DNA of 64,000 nucleotides, from contig CP075494.1 of NCBI GenBank assembly GCA_021613535.1, positions 11,656,001-11,720,000 of the forward strand, read 5' to 3'. Shown here in pieces: positions 1-14,001 of this stretch. Made by a program: the position numbers and the translations under genes. The notes beneath the pieces are model-generated. The model was not told where the DNA came from and did no database searches. It saw only the letters and a list, made by a program, of their open reading frames with translations. Source of the DNA: Adineta vaga. Lineage: Eukaryota; Animalia; Rotifera. Each line of letters opens with the position of its first letter. Position 1 is the stretch's first letter.

Positions 1-1345
1 GAGTTGTCACTCAACCAATCTCACTGAACGGTGGAGGTCGCTGTTTGTTTAAAAATATGATAACTCACCGTCATATCGAATTCAAACTTTCTAACTTGAA
101 ATGAATATTTGTGATCAACGAATAAAGTTCAATACATTGTCTTAATGAACGAGAAGTTGCAGAGATCGAACACAGATGGTAAGTACGAGTTTTCAACTGA
201 TTTTTTGATCGATCTCTCAAAACATCTGTTATGTATCAGAAAAGTAAAGCTTGTGAAAATCAACTTGATTTCCTCACGCGAGCGATTATTAATCTACATG
301 AAATAAAACGATAGCATGTCAAAGATTAAACTTCTATCTCTAGAGATTATGAGCGTTCTCATAGAAATATCAATATAAGTTTTGAAACTAACTTCAGTCT
401 ATTCACAAAACTGAAAGGATACACTTATTCTTTATAATATGCGATTCTCTTCATCAACGACGAATAAATTCGAAATGTAATTCTACTGATAACAAAAATC
501 AATAGTAACAAGATGACAATGCATTGATTTATATACGTATTCAATAAATTACCAGAAAGAATAACATTAACTCCCTACCTTGCTTTCTCTTCTTATTCAA
601 TGATCAATAGGAGAACAAGTGAACAAACAAATACAATATACAGGTGAGTTGTCATATCGCATCATTAATTACTCTTCTCATAATGTATGTCTCCTTGTTT
701 ATTAGAAAAAGAAATAAATATGTATGATATTGGATCGTATATTAATATTTCCTATCATTAGTCGCCATCTATTTAACAAACCGTAACTGACAATAAACAA
801 GAAACTCGATTAGAAAAAAAAAACATATTTCATTTAAAATCTTTTCTATTCCAAAAAACAAAAATCCTGTTGTCTTTTTCTCGCCATGAAATACGAAGAA
901 CAGAAAGAAAAAGAGTGTCCTTGTATTCGATAAATATTATTCTTTTATTGATTAAAGTGTTTAGAAAAAAAACAAAATTATTTTTTCATATTTAATTGAC
1001 TCGTAAATATCGATGTATTTTATTTTTCCATTTACTTTAATTACTATTTTCAAAATAGACATTCGATTTTTATCCAGACCTTGTTATTAAACATTGCTAT
1101 GACGAGTGTTTATCTAATAACAAATTCTTTTCTTTCACAACTACAAAACATATATTTAAAAAGAATTAATGCAAAAAAAAAAAATATTTCACACCACAGG
1201 TTTTCTTCATGAATAGAAACAAAAAGATTTCATTTGAAGAACATTATCATCACTCATATGACATATTATCTTCAACGTTCACTGTACTTTTCAATAGATA
1301 ACAATAGACAGAAAGAAAAAAACGAAAAAAAAATTCTTCATCAAA

Positions 1346-2623
1346 CTATCGAACAATAACACCTTGAGCAAGTCGTGCATGATCTTCCAGAATATGTTTT
1401 ACACCATTGTAACAACGATTACCTGGAATTGGCGTCGGTTTATGCATAGACGCTTGAGGATAGATAAGACGACAATAGGAATCACTTGTCGATGATTGTA
1501 TGATGGAAGTTTTATTCTCAGATGATGATGATGATGATGATGATGACGATGATGATGAACTACCACCATTAAGTTTATTTTGAACAGATGTATGTGTTTT
1601 ATGTCGAATATAATGATCATAATAAAGATTTTGATGTAGAACATATTCACAACGTGGTGGAACGACAATTTCAGGTCGTTGACTTATTTCACCAGGACGA
1701 CTACCTGGATGCCAAACGAGTATTTGTGCACTATTCGCCTATGAACGAAAGAAAAAGTTTGAATTTGAACAAATTATGCATATTATACAACAAAAATTTA
1801 CATTGGGTGGGTATAGTACACATGTCGGTATACGAATATTTTGTTTAAGAATTTCCGGTTGAATAGGAATTGGATTAGAAATCAATACGGCGCGTGAACC
1901 TTGCGGTTGAGTTGGATCAACGTTAATTTCAAGATCCATTTGCCAAGTCAATGTTTTAAGTACAAGTATTGAACCATTTTTTGCATTCATTGCCACGAGC
2001 CATGTATAAAATTTTTGATGACGTTTAACATTAGTTAAACGTGATAAACGTTCATTACTTGTTGGTATATCCCATGTTATATGAGGATAGAAATTATCAT
2101 TCATAAGTACTTTTATTGTACGATAATCAGAAAAAGGACCTTCAAGTTCGATGACTTCAGATTTTGAACCATAGAATGGATAATTACGTCCATCGGAATC
2201 GGATATCATTGGATTTTGACCGGACATTAATTGAGGAAATTCCCAACTTGAATAACCACTATCACCATAAGAATTAAAGAAATCCATACGTGTACACGAT
2301 TGTATCCAACCGACCTTCCAATGTTCACCATCTTCTAACGGAGGAAATTTTAATGTTGCGGATGCTCTTGAAAAGAAAATAAGAATAAATAAACAAAATG
2401 TCATTCATCTTATTTTTTATCTTGACTTATACCGAAAATGTGGTGTTCGATATTTTAAAACAGCTGGACTTTTCTCATCGATCGTAGTCGGACGATTTTC
2501 AATTGTAGCTTCAAGTTCAAGAATACGAACGGGTAAAATAGGTTGTGGAGGTTTTTCATTTGTAATTGTTTGCATGACAACAGAACGTTTTGTTTTATTA
2601 ACTACTTGGCCCATTACATTCAT
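1346..2623 (-). CDS. FAM78: FAM78A/B-family protein (3 coding exons; last exon has a poly-Ser tract)
   Basis: ORFs 2417..2623 and 1739..2404 join through a short GT-AG intron. FAM78 motifs: LKYRTPHF, WKVGWIQSC, SSWEFP, ISDSDG, MNDNFYPHITW, FYTWLVAMN. The third exon reads ANSAQILVWHP...GVIVR and stops at TAG 1346-1348. Confidence 0.9.
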
Positions 2624-5199
2624 ATTGGGTACTGTTGCCGATACAGCCTGTGGTTGTTGAACATTGATAAAAGTCTATACATATACATACAAAAAAAAAG
2701 GCCGACATTAATTGAAGCAATTTAGTTGTATAAAGATGTATGTAAATGTAGAAGAGAAAAAAAAAAGTACATATGTATATGTCTTATCTACTTGCCGTAT
2801 ATAAATTCAAAAGAGTATAGAATTTGAATTTATGTACCTGAGAAAAGAAAGGAATTTCACCAGTCCAATAGCCAGTTGTTGGATATGAATGTGTATAAAA
2901 ATGCATAGTTTATTCTCCTTGAATAAATAATAGCACTTAATAACTACTATTAAGACGGATATTTATTATTGAATGTAAAGTGAGGAAAATTAAATATAGA
3001 AATGTATATATGTTTATTTTGACATAGATGATGATGATGATAATGTGGCAGGGGTAATGTTGTCATCGTCCTTCGAGATCATCGTAATCACCTGTTCTGA
3101 ATCCTAAACGTGCATGTTATATTCATCCTGTCGTCTAATGTTAGAGAATAGTCTTGCACTTTTTTTACTCTCTCTCTCTCTCTTTTTCTCCCTCTTTTTT
3201 CTCTCTGAGTGTGTGTGTGTCTACTGTTTGTCGATGGGTTTTCGCATTTTTTTTCTATTTCTACTAACATGCTACTGTTGTTGTTGTTGTTGATAATGAT
3301 GATGATGATGACGACGAAATAAAATCATAAACACCTAGTAGTTTGTTTGCGTTCTTATTCGCACGTTCTGATATATAAAACAAAAAATACTATATATATA
3401 TATATATATAGTTAAAAATTAAAAACGGAGTTTTGCTAGCAGAATATATATATACACATGAAGAGACGTTATCATATACGTAGGACTCTTTTGAAAACAT
3501 ATGTACAAAAACAACTGATTGATCGAGAAATGACCTTACACGCATTTTTTTCTGGTTATTTTCTTTTTTTTCTCGTATACATACGGTAATTATACAAGCA
3601 ACTTGTAATACAAAATAAACGATCATATAAGAAAGATAATGTGTCAATTCAATATTTTCGTTTTCCTTCACATCATCGCCACTAGCTGCTATAGTGATCA
3701 TTGTTTTGACTAAACAATCAATTATAATACTTGTTGTTGATTTTAAAAGCATACACTTTTGCTATACATTGTAAGGAATAGTCAGTTCAATAAACATATA
3801 CAACGTTGAATCGAGTAGGTTTGAAAGCGAAGAAAAAAAAATCCGACGAGTAAAAAAAAACACAGTGAAGCGTATTTTTTCGATGATGTCGTTCTTGGTT
3901 TGAATAAGAATGAAATCAAATTGAAATAATGTTGGCCGTCAAAAAAGTGATGGAGAAAAGTATTTATATGAATATATATACTATACGTCGAGGTTAGATT
4001 AATGATGATCGATTGAGTACAGTAGTATATGTAACGATGTATATCATGTATAAACAGGCGCAATACGAAAAGAATGAAAGTGATGAATATATGAAAACTG
4101 ACAACAATAAGAAAAACAGAAAAAAATCGATATAGAAAATATATCATGTGATTTGTTTCAATGACAAGATGTCATTTTTTGAAATAACCAAAGAAAAACA
4201 GTAGATAAAAGTTGTGTTTTTTCTCTATTACCTGGCCAGAATTTTTTGAACTCGAATAAATATTCTTCTTCAATGTTATATGATCATATACATAGGAAAA
4301 CATTTTTTATGATGTATATATTTTTTGTTATAGTTTGACAAATGATCAGTTTGACATTGAGTCTGTCTCGAGAGTAAAGGAAATTTGATCTAGGAATTTA
4401 ACATCGTTAGAGAACGAGAAAAAAAGTTTCAAAGCCAACTGTTTAACTTTTGATAACTATACTATGAAATATTAACTATCAAAAAAGAAAAAAGAAGAAA
4501 AAAAGAAAGGATAACAGGTTACCTTTCGATTATTCTTGTACGTGTTCAGATGAGTTGTCAAATGTGATGATGACAAAAGAGCACATCTACGTCACCATCT
4601 CTTTTCGTATTATATATACACATGTATGTATATGTATATATATATATGAAAAAAAAAGACGAAGAGAAGAAAAGGTTTTATTTCGAGCGCATCGTACAAT
4701 ATGTGTATATACATCCGAACGACAACGACAAAATTGCAAATAAAGACTATCTTCTTTCTTCTCTTATCCTTCTCTCATCTAATACCTGCCTAAATATAAC
4801 CGGATCTATTTCTTTTTCTTGTTAAATAATAACAAAGTACACAAACAATGATAACATCGAGAGATCACTTGTAAATCCAAGCAAAATTTATCTATTAAAT
4901 TGTCATATTTTCTTCTCCACAAGAAATTCTTTCTCCTTCACGATCTCATTTAAATAAATCCTTGTTTTATATGATTAACTTTAACTATAAGGGTAATGAA
5001 TTATAATCATTGATCACTTATTTGTATTCATGATTTACATTTTAATTTCAACGAAAATCATTTGATCAAACGAATAATGATTTTCGTTTCGTCTTTATTT
5101 TCTTTATTAGATAAATTGTTCTTTGTATCACAGAATACACATTCAAAAAAAAAACAAAGAAAAAGGAAAGCAACATAGATGGATAATATTGATTCAATT

Positions 5200-7945
5200 T
5201 CAACGACGACGTTCACGAGATTTCGAACGATGCCGTGATGATGACGATGTTGATGATGACGTCTTATAATGATGATGATTTCGATGTGATTTATTACCAT
5301 TATCATTTTCTTTATGTGAAGATGATGTTGTATGGCGAAGAAAAGCATTGATCTCTTGTTCATACTAATGAAATTGTTTTAAAAGTTTAAATAGAAATAA
5401 AACAATTCAAAAAGATTTACTTCAGATGGATTATGAGGCACAGATGATGCTACTGATGATGATGATGGTGGTAGTGGTGGTGGTAAATACATATTTCCTG
5501 GATCTCCATAACTTCCGCCAGACATTCCATGCGGATCATATCCCATCGGATAATAACTAGTTGGATCATAAACCATTGGATAACTCTTTATGAACGAATT
5601 AAATACAAAATTAGGAAAATTCTTTGTAGAAAAATCTTACAGGAGGAAACACCGGTGGTGCATATCCAGTATATTGAGGCTGTGTTTCATACATATATTT
5701 TACATATTCTTCGTATGTCTAAAGTAAATTAAAGAGAATAGATAAGTATTTGTTGACGATTGTTTTCTTACTCCGTTCGTCATAATATGTGATATTGTTG
5801 TATCAACATGATTTGTCGATGCTGATTTTTCTTTACTACGATGTGAACGTTTTCGACTTGAACTACGTTGATTTCCATGATCAGAATGTGACGATGCTAA
5901 TGTAATAAAGGAAAATGATTTGTATATTTATATGCTATACGACTTCAATGAACATACTTGATCGATGTCGTCGTTTTCGATATGAATCGTTACTGTCTCG
6001 TCCTCGACTTCTTGATCGATGAAGTCTAAATTAAGATTAACACATATCACGAAAAATATTCTTTTTTTATTTGATCTCAAAATTGTATATGTAAATAGCA
6101 TCAGACTCGATTTGTTTTTTTTTATCTGACATAAAATAATTGAATGCTCAATTTCGCTAAAAAAAAGCACATCATTTGTTTTTTCAAAATTAACATATAA
6201 ATATAGTCTCTGATGTGTATAGATTAATATCAGTTCTTTTGATTTTTTTGTCTTCATCTTGATATTCATTGTAATATTTGTATCGCCAATAATTCATCGA
6301 AAAAGGAAAACAACTCTCTATTTAACCAACACCTGTTTTTAAAGTTCTGTACTGAATAAAATTAGTATAAAAGATGATAGCCAAATTTGTAAGACGAATA
6401 ATTATGAAATAAAGAGTCACCGCTGACCTATGATGATCACTCGAATTGTGCGAACGTTGAGATGAAGATGCACGATGATGATTTAATTCCTTGGATGGAT
6501 TGATTGCTAATGGTGAACGAGATGATTTATGCTTTTCGGATTTTTTCGATATTGATAGAAGATCAATCGTTGGATCAGGTGGAAATGAACGACACAAAGC
6601 TTCAGCACAACGTGGTTCAATATCCTATGAAAGACAATAAATATCAACATGAACAATATCATAATCAATACCTGTCCATCACGACCGATTTTAACAGGTT
6701 TATTTTCATTCCACGAATTAATTAAATGAAGAGTTTGATTAAATGGTAAACTTCGTCTGAAGAAAAAAAAAGCAAAACAATCGTTTATATTCTCGAATGA
6801 ATATAGATTAGCTAACCGAGAGATCCAATCAATATGAATAACACCTGAAAATGCTCGATTACTCATGCCAGGTGGTAAAACCCAATTGATTGGTTGACTA
6901 TCATGTCGAGCTTCACCTGACATTCGAGCAAAACCTTGAAATGCTTTACTTTCAGCCACTGAAAAGATCAAAATAACATTTTGATGAGACTAAAATAAGA
7001 AGAAAAACGATATGTTATAAATCTTCATTTACTTTTCTATTAAAAAAGAAATCTTTTACTCGAAATGCTTGATTCAATTTATTTTCATTGGCAGGTGGTG
7101 TTGACCAAACACCCTATGAATAGAAAGCAAAATATACATAGAATATTTAATTCAATCATTTCAATTTGAATTTACTTTAGCTTTAGCTAATGATACATTT
7201 TCTTCATTTCCACTTTTAATGAGAAAATAAACAGTATCATGAAAAATCGTATTCAATGCAGCGATTTCTTTTTCATCTAAAATATGAATAGATATATATG
7301 TGTGCGGGTAGGTGGGTGGGTGTTTTCTCTCGTTACTCTTAATGGGTATTGTTCGTTCTTCAATTGGAAGTGGTATTACATCGATTGTTGTTGATTTAGG
7401 TTCTTCATTTTCTTCTGATTTTTCTAATTGTATTGAATTCGATTGAGAATCAACCAATTCATCTGGAAAAAATTCATTGAATTAGAAAAATTACTCGAAA
7501 AGAAAAAATCCGAAGAATTTACCATTTGGATCAGTGCTTTGTAGGGGAATACTTTCGCTAGATATTTGAGTTTCAAGATTAGTAGTTGATGGGAGTTCTT
7601 CAGGTTGTTCGAATACCTAATAAATAGAAAATATATCTCTTTATAATAAATATAAACACGATTGGATTTATTTTACTTGATCATCATCGATGTAACTATT
7701 TTCATTGTGGTTTATTTCTAAAGATTTCAAAAATTTAAATAGATTAATACAAGTATTCAATCGAGCTTGAAATGATCATAAACAATTGTTTATACAAAGT
7801 TTCATATGATGAATACATACTTGCCACAGCTGAAAAATCATCGACATCGATTTCTGAACAGATAAGATCAAGTTCGACTAGAAAATGAAATATAAATAAG
7901 AATTAAATCAAAATTTGCAATATTATTTTTCGTACCTCCTGACAT
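5200..7945 (-). CDS. YTHDC1: YTH-domain m6A reader, YTHDC1-like (multi-exon)
   Basis: YTH motifs [82 protein letters not shown]. Acidic N-terminus and Arg/Ser/His-rich C-terminus ending [12 protein letters not shown] is inferred at 7945. Confidence 0.9.
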
Positions 7946-8316
7946 TTCTTCTTTCAATAGAAAAAAAAAGACGAAAGGAAAGAACAAAAATACCATTTTC
8001 AATTGCCTTCCTTGTCGACCTCTACTATGATGTCTATAACATACTTATGCACTTGAAGAAATATCGTTTCTTATACACTGAATTTTCATAGTTTTATTAA
8101 TGAATTTTTTTTATGAAATATTTTTTATAAAAAATTCTCGAAAAAAATTTCATAAACAAATAATCGGTATTTCGAGTGAAATTATGGATTGGTTTATTTC
8201 TTTCATTTTTTTGTATTCAGTTTTGGCCAGAAGATGATGGTGACTGACCATGTTTTTTCTTGATTTTAAATTCCTTGTCTTTTAGATCATCTAGTAACGA
8301 TCTTTAACAACAAAAC
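7946..8316. promoter_or_regulatory. Putative bidirectional promoter between YTHDC1 (-) and RPS4 (+)
   Basis: The head-to-head start codons are 371 bp apart. Confidence 0.55.
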
Positions 8317-9490
8317 ATGGGTGTAAGTATATTCAAATACAGCAATCATCGATGATAGATATTTAATTATTTCAATTTTTTTAGTATCGTGGTATTCGTA
8401 AACATTTAAAACGACTTCATGCACCCAAACATTGGATGCTTGATAAGTTGGGCGGTGTTTTCGCACCAAAACCATCAGCTGGTCCACACAAAACACGTGA
8501 ATGTTTACCAATGATTATCTTTTTACGTAATCGTTTGAAATATGCCTTGACATATGTCGAAGCAAAAAAGATTTGTAAACAACGTCTTATTAAAATTGAT
8601 GGCCGTGTTCGAACTGATTTTCTCTTTCCAGCTGGATTTATGGGTTTGTGTTTTAATAGAATTCTCACTCGATCAGAACTTAGTTTCTTGTATTTCGAAT
8701 TTCTTTAGATGTTATTACAATTGAAAAAACAGGAGAACAGTTTCGTTTGATCTATGACGTCAAAGGACGATTTTGTGTTCATCGTATTACAGCTGAAGAA
8801 GCTAAAGTAAGTTTAACAAAAGTATCTTTTTAAACAGACTTGCGTGAGAAGGCAGTCATTATTATATATGTATACCACAACAGAATATATATTTAGTCTC
8901 TCGAGAAGAATACATTAAAATAAACTGAAATGCTTTGTTTGTTCTTAGTACAAATTATGCAAAGTTAAAGCAGTATGTATGGGTCCAAAGAAAGTTCCAT
9001 ATATCATCACACACGATGCTCGAACAATCCGTTATCCGGATCCACATATCAAATCTAATGATACCATTAAACTCGATATTGCTTCTGGAAAAATCGAAGA
9101 ACATATCAAATTCGATACTGGTATGACGACGAATCTTTTCATTGATCTTAAAACCATGAAATTTTTTCCATTTAGGTAACATCGTTATGATTACTGGTGG
9201 ACACAATTTAGGTCGAGTTGGTATTATTCAATCACGTGAACGTCATCCAGGTTCATTCGATATTGTTCATGTTAAAGATGCTAATGGACATACATTTGCC
9301 ACTCGGTAAAAGCAAAATGAATGAGAAGATTTTTTCCGAAAAAAAAACATTTCTTCTTTGATTTAGTTTGGCCTATGTATTTGTTATTGGTCGAGGACAA
9401 AAATCCTGGGTATCATTACCCTCAGGTAAAGGTCTTCGTTTATCCGTTGCTGAAGAACGTGATCGTCGAATTGCTGGCAAAAGTCAATAA
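8317..9490 (+). CDS. RPS4: 40S ribosomal protein S4 (eS4)
   Basis: MG|[62 protein letters not shown], ending [13 protein letters not shown]. Six exons with GT-AG introns. Confidence 0.98.
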
Positions 9491-9647
9491 ATTCACCATC
9501 TTGATATACAAACGAAGCAAAAGAAAAAAATCTTCTAATGTTTTTTGTTTGTCGATGAAAATAAAAATAAAAATAAACACAAGAATCGATTTCTAGCAAA
9601 AAAAACCGAAGAAAACATTGTTTTAGATATACATATATATTCCGACA

Positions 9648-12600
9648 ATGGATATTGATGATGAAGATATTTCGAGTGAATCAACAAATGTTTTAAATGA
9701 TCGAATCACATCTATAGTTGATAATGAATTTCATGGGGTATATAAAAAATTACCACCAAAAACTGCAGTAACGATAAGGTTATTTGAACATAATGAATAT
9801 TATACATGTCATGGAGATGATGCACTTTTTATTGCGAAAGAATTGTTGCATTCAACAAATTCATTGAAATATTGGAAAACATCAGGTAGTAGAAAAGAAA
9901 AGAGAGAGAAGAATATGGAATTGATTGTTTGTTTTCCTAGATGTTAATAAGCCACTTGAAACAATTTATATTTCAAATAAACAATTTGAAGATATTCTTC
10001 GAAAACTTTTATTAATTAAACAATATCGAGTTGAAATTTGGAAAAAAACACAGAAAACATCCAATGAATGGATATTAGCATATCATGTAAGTGTTCATAG
10101 AGACATCAGATAGAGTTTAACCGAAATTATTGATCTTTTAGGGTTCACCTGGCAATCTCACTCAATTCGAAGATATTCTCTTTTCTTCGTCTTCAACTTC
10201 TCAACAATCTTCAGGTGTACTTTCATGTAAATTAGCAACGGAAAATGGTGGCACAGTAAGTTTATTCATTTCGATTTATGACTACTTTCGATAAATGTTC
10301 TTTAGATTATTGGTCTCGCATTGATTGATGTTCAAACATTAACAATTAAAATGTGTGAAGTCACCGTATCAAATCATTATTCAAATTTAGAAGTAAGTAG
10401 AAGAAAATCGAATAGAAAAATATTTCGTTTTTGTTCTTTCTTTTGAAAAGACAATTCTTGTTCAACTTGGTCCAAAAGAATGTTTATTACCAACATTTAC
10501 TTCGACAGAAGATAATTATTTAAAATTGAAAAAAGTGATTGAAAAATCGGGCGTACTTGTTACCGAACGACCAAAAGGTATGTCGGTAAAAAAGAATGAT
10601 CATACGAATAATAACATATTTTGATAAATTTAGCTGATTTTTCGGCAAAAGATATCAAACAAGATCTTTGCCGTCTTTTGATCAAAGGCAAAGATGAAGA
10701 AAATGATAAATTTGAAATGAAAGTTGGCGTTATGCGTATGTTGTGTATTGAATACTTTTCAAATGTTTAAAACGATTATTATCTTCTAGCTGAAATGCAA
10801 ATGGAACATGCGAAATGTGCTTTGTCAGCTGCGATTAAATTTCTCGAAGTAAAATAAACGATTTTCGCAAAGGAAAAATCACTCATTTCGTTTTAGTTAC
10901 TTTCTGATAAAAATCAATCGAATCGATTTCATTTAAAAACACATCAACCTGATCTCTATATGCGACTCGATACAGCAGCAATGATTGCCTTGAATATTTT
11001 TCCCGATCAACGACAACGACCCGATTTCAGTTCGTTTTCTTGATATATTCTTATTCGTCTAACTAACTATTTATTTTTCATTCAGGTGCTAATGCAAAAT
11101 CTTCTAGTCTTTATGGTTTACTCAATCATTGTCGTACAGCACAAGGACAACGATTACTTATGCAATGGTTGAAACAGCCATTAACTGATATGGCAAAAAT
11201 TAGTAGGAGTTTCTTTTCTTATTGATTTTGTTTTTGAAAGAAAAAGAAGTTTTTGTATAGACGAAAGATTGGATATTGTCGATGCACTTGTTAATGATTC
11301 AAGTATTCGTACATTTATCTCCCAAGATTTTCTTGGTCGTGTACCTGATTTTGAACGTCTTGTACGAAAATTTATTCGAAAAAAAGCCAATCTTGAAGTA
11401 AATCAAATCAATAAAAATCTCTTCTTTTATATATTGTCATATCTTTTCAAATAGGATTGTTATAAAATTTATGTTGCTGTTAACAAAATGCCCAAATTAC
11501 TCGAATATATTAATGAATTCAATGGACCACATAAAGGTGTATTAGATCATCTCATTGTTGAACCAATTCAAGTAATTTAATTAACAAAACTTTATATTTC
11601 ACGAAATAGACAATTGATTTTTTTTCTAGGATATGATCAATATCTTCAGTAAATATATCGAAATGATTGAAACTACCATCGATTTAAATCGTATTCGAAA
11701 TCATGAATTTGTTATTAAACCAGATTATGATAAAGATTTACAAGGTATTACAAGTTTTTCTTTGTCTTTAACTTTTATTTCATAACCATGCACTTTTAGA
11801 ATGTCGCGAAAAACAACTTGGATTAGAATCGAAAATGCATGATGATCTATCATCGGTATGTGAGAAATTATCTCCTCATCTATCATCCACACCAGGTCGT
11901 GGTAAGAAAACCGGAAATGAATCAACAAAAGACGCAGTTCGATTAGTGTATGATCCAAAACAAGGCGGATGGTTATATCGAATTAATCGAAAGGAAAGTG
12001 CAACATTACAAAAACAATTATCAAATATAACAATAAAAGTAACCAAGAAAGAAGGCATTTTCTTTCAAACAACACGTTTAGCTGATTTAAATACGAAGTA
12101 TTCAACATTAAATTCAACTTACAATGAAACATCAAAAGAAGTTATCGATGATGTTTTAAATATTGCTTCAAGTTATTGTGATTCACTTAGTCAATTAGCA
12201 GAGTAAGTTATCTATATCAAGAATTTATTAGAATCGTTTGCAATTTCGGAGTCTAATATAATGATTTAAACCTGTTATTATCCCTTTATTCACGATCATC
12301 AAGTTAATGTATAATTTGAATTATGTATATGTCAATACAAATACATGTATGACACGAGAGAAATACACGTTTCGACCATAAATAGTCTACGAAGTCATAT
12401 AGAAAAGAAGAAATAAATTATAGGTAGTCTTTTTTTTATCATTACAGCTGATTCTGAGTGTGAATACAGAATATGTGTAATGTTTGCCTCTGGCGATAAT
12501 ATCACTACGATATACGAATAATCTTCTTGATTTCATATAATTATATGTATAACATACAAACCTTAATGATCTTTTTAAAACTTGTACACAGATGTAATCA

Positions 12601-14001
12601 TACATTTTTTTTTGTTTCTGTATAGAATTCTTGCTCAACTTGATTGTCTTGTTTCATTTGCAACAGCTTCAATCAACGGAAATTATATTCGACCAATATT
12701 AAGTAATGAACAACAGAAAATTCGTTTAGTTGATTCACGTCATCCATGTGTGGAAAAACAAGATAATATCAATTTTATTTCGAATACAGTTGAATTAGAT
12801 CGAAATAAACATCGATTTCAAATTATTACTGGTAATATTTTTATGAAAAAATGTTTCACATTTAAATCAATGTATTCATTCGTAGGGCCAAATATGGGTG
12901 GAAAGTCGACATATATACGTCAAGTAAGGATTAAATAAAAAGAAGATTCGATGAAAAAAAAACAAGAGAATGTGGCTTTTAGGTCGGTGTTATCCAATTA
13001 ATGGCTCAAATAGGATGCTTTGTATCATGTACATCCTGTCATACAACGATTGTTGATTGTATTCTTGCACGACTTGGCGCAAATGATGATTTAGCATTGG
13101 GAGTTTCGACATTTATGTCTGAAATGTTAGAAATGTCGACAATTTTAGATATTGCAACAAGCAATTCACTTTTAATTATTGATGAACTTGGCCGAGGAAC
13201 AGTAAGTAATCATCATTATTTTCATATTTTGAATTCTTGCTCCTTATCATTGAAGATGCATTTCTTTCTTTTAACTTTGAAACTAAAAAACGATCATTAA
13301 TGCATACAGACTTCATAATTTCTTCATTTAGTCTTTTCTTTCATAATGACATCTATATAATGTTCAATTTCACATCTTTTCTACTTTTATTCTAGTCAAC
13401 TTATGATGGATTTGGTCTTGCTTGGGCTGTTGCACATTATATCTGTACAACTATCAAATCTTTCTGTTTATTTGCTACACATTTTCATGAATTAACATCG
13501 ATTGAACATGAACAATCTGATGTTATTCAAAATTTTCATGTTGATGCTTTACCGGTCAATGATCAACTTGTTTTACTTTATAAACTAAAACCTGGTGTAT
13601 GTGATCAAAGCTTTGGGTAAGTAAATTCATTAAAATTCAAAAAGAACAAAGTGAAGAAATTCATTGAATCAAATCGTTTCATTTTAGTATACATGTCGCT
13701 CAACTTGCACAATTTCCTGATCATGTGATTGAATTTGCAAAGAAACGAGCACAAGAATTAGAAGAATTCAATAGTAATGATAATGGCAAAGAAAATCTTC
13801 GACATGGATTTGCATCGAGTGTAAAGTCTTTTCTTTTTGATCGAATGAATTAATTTAAAAACATCATTTTGTTTTGTTTAGGAATCCGTTGAATTGATTT
13901 GGCATGAATTAGAACAATTGAAATCTATGAAAGATCAACAACAAGCACATGATATAGTTCTCAAATTGTTAAATAAAGCACAAAATGTTGGTCTATTGTA
14001 A
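9648..14001 (+). CDS. MSH2: DNA mismatch repair protein MSH2 (multi-exon)
   Basis: [64 protein letters not shown], Walker [52 protein letters not shown]. Stop TAA at 13999-14001. Confidence 0.97.

Noticed and set aside
1399-1668. His-rich 89-aa ORF
   Set aside because: It is an alternative frame of the (TCA)n poly-Ser tract in the last FAM78 exon.
3088-4825. Several 60-120 aa ORFs upstream of FAM78
   Set aside because: Low-complexity AT/microsatellite-derived sequence with no recognisable motifs; likely UTR, intron or intergenic DNA.
8110-8156. AT-rich inverted repeat in the YTHDC1/RPS4 intergenic region
   Set aside because: It is almost pure A/T, so it is expected by chance at this base composition.
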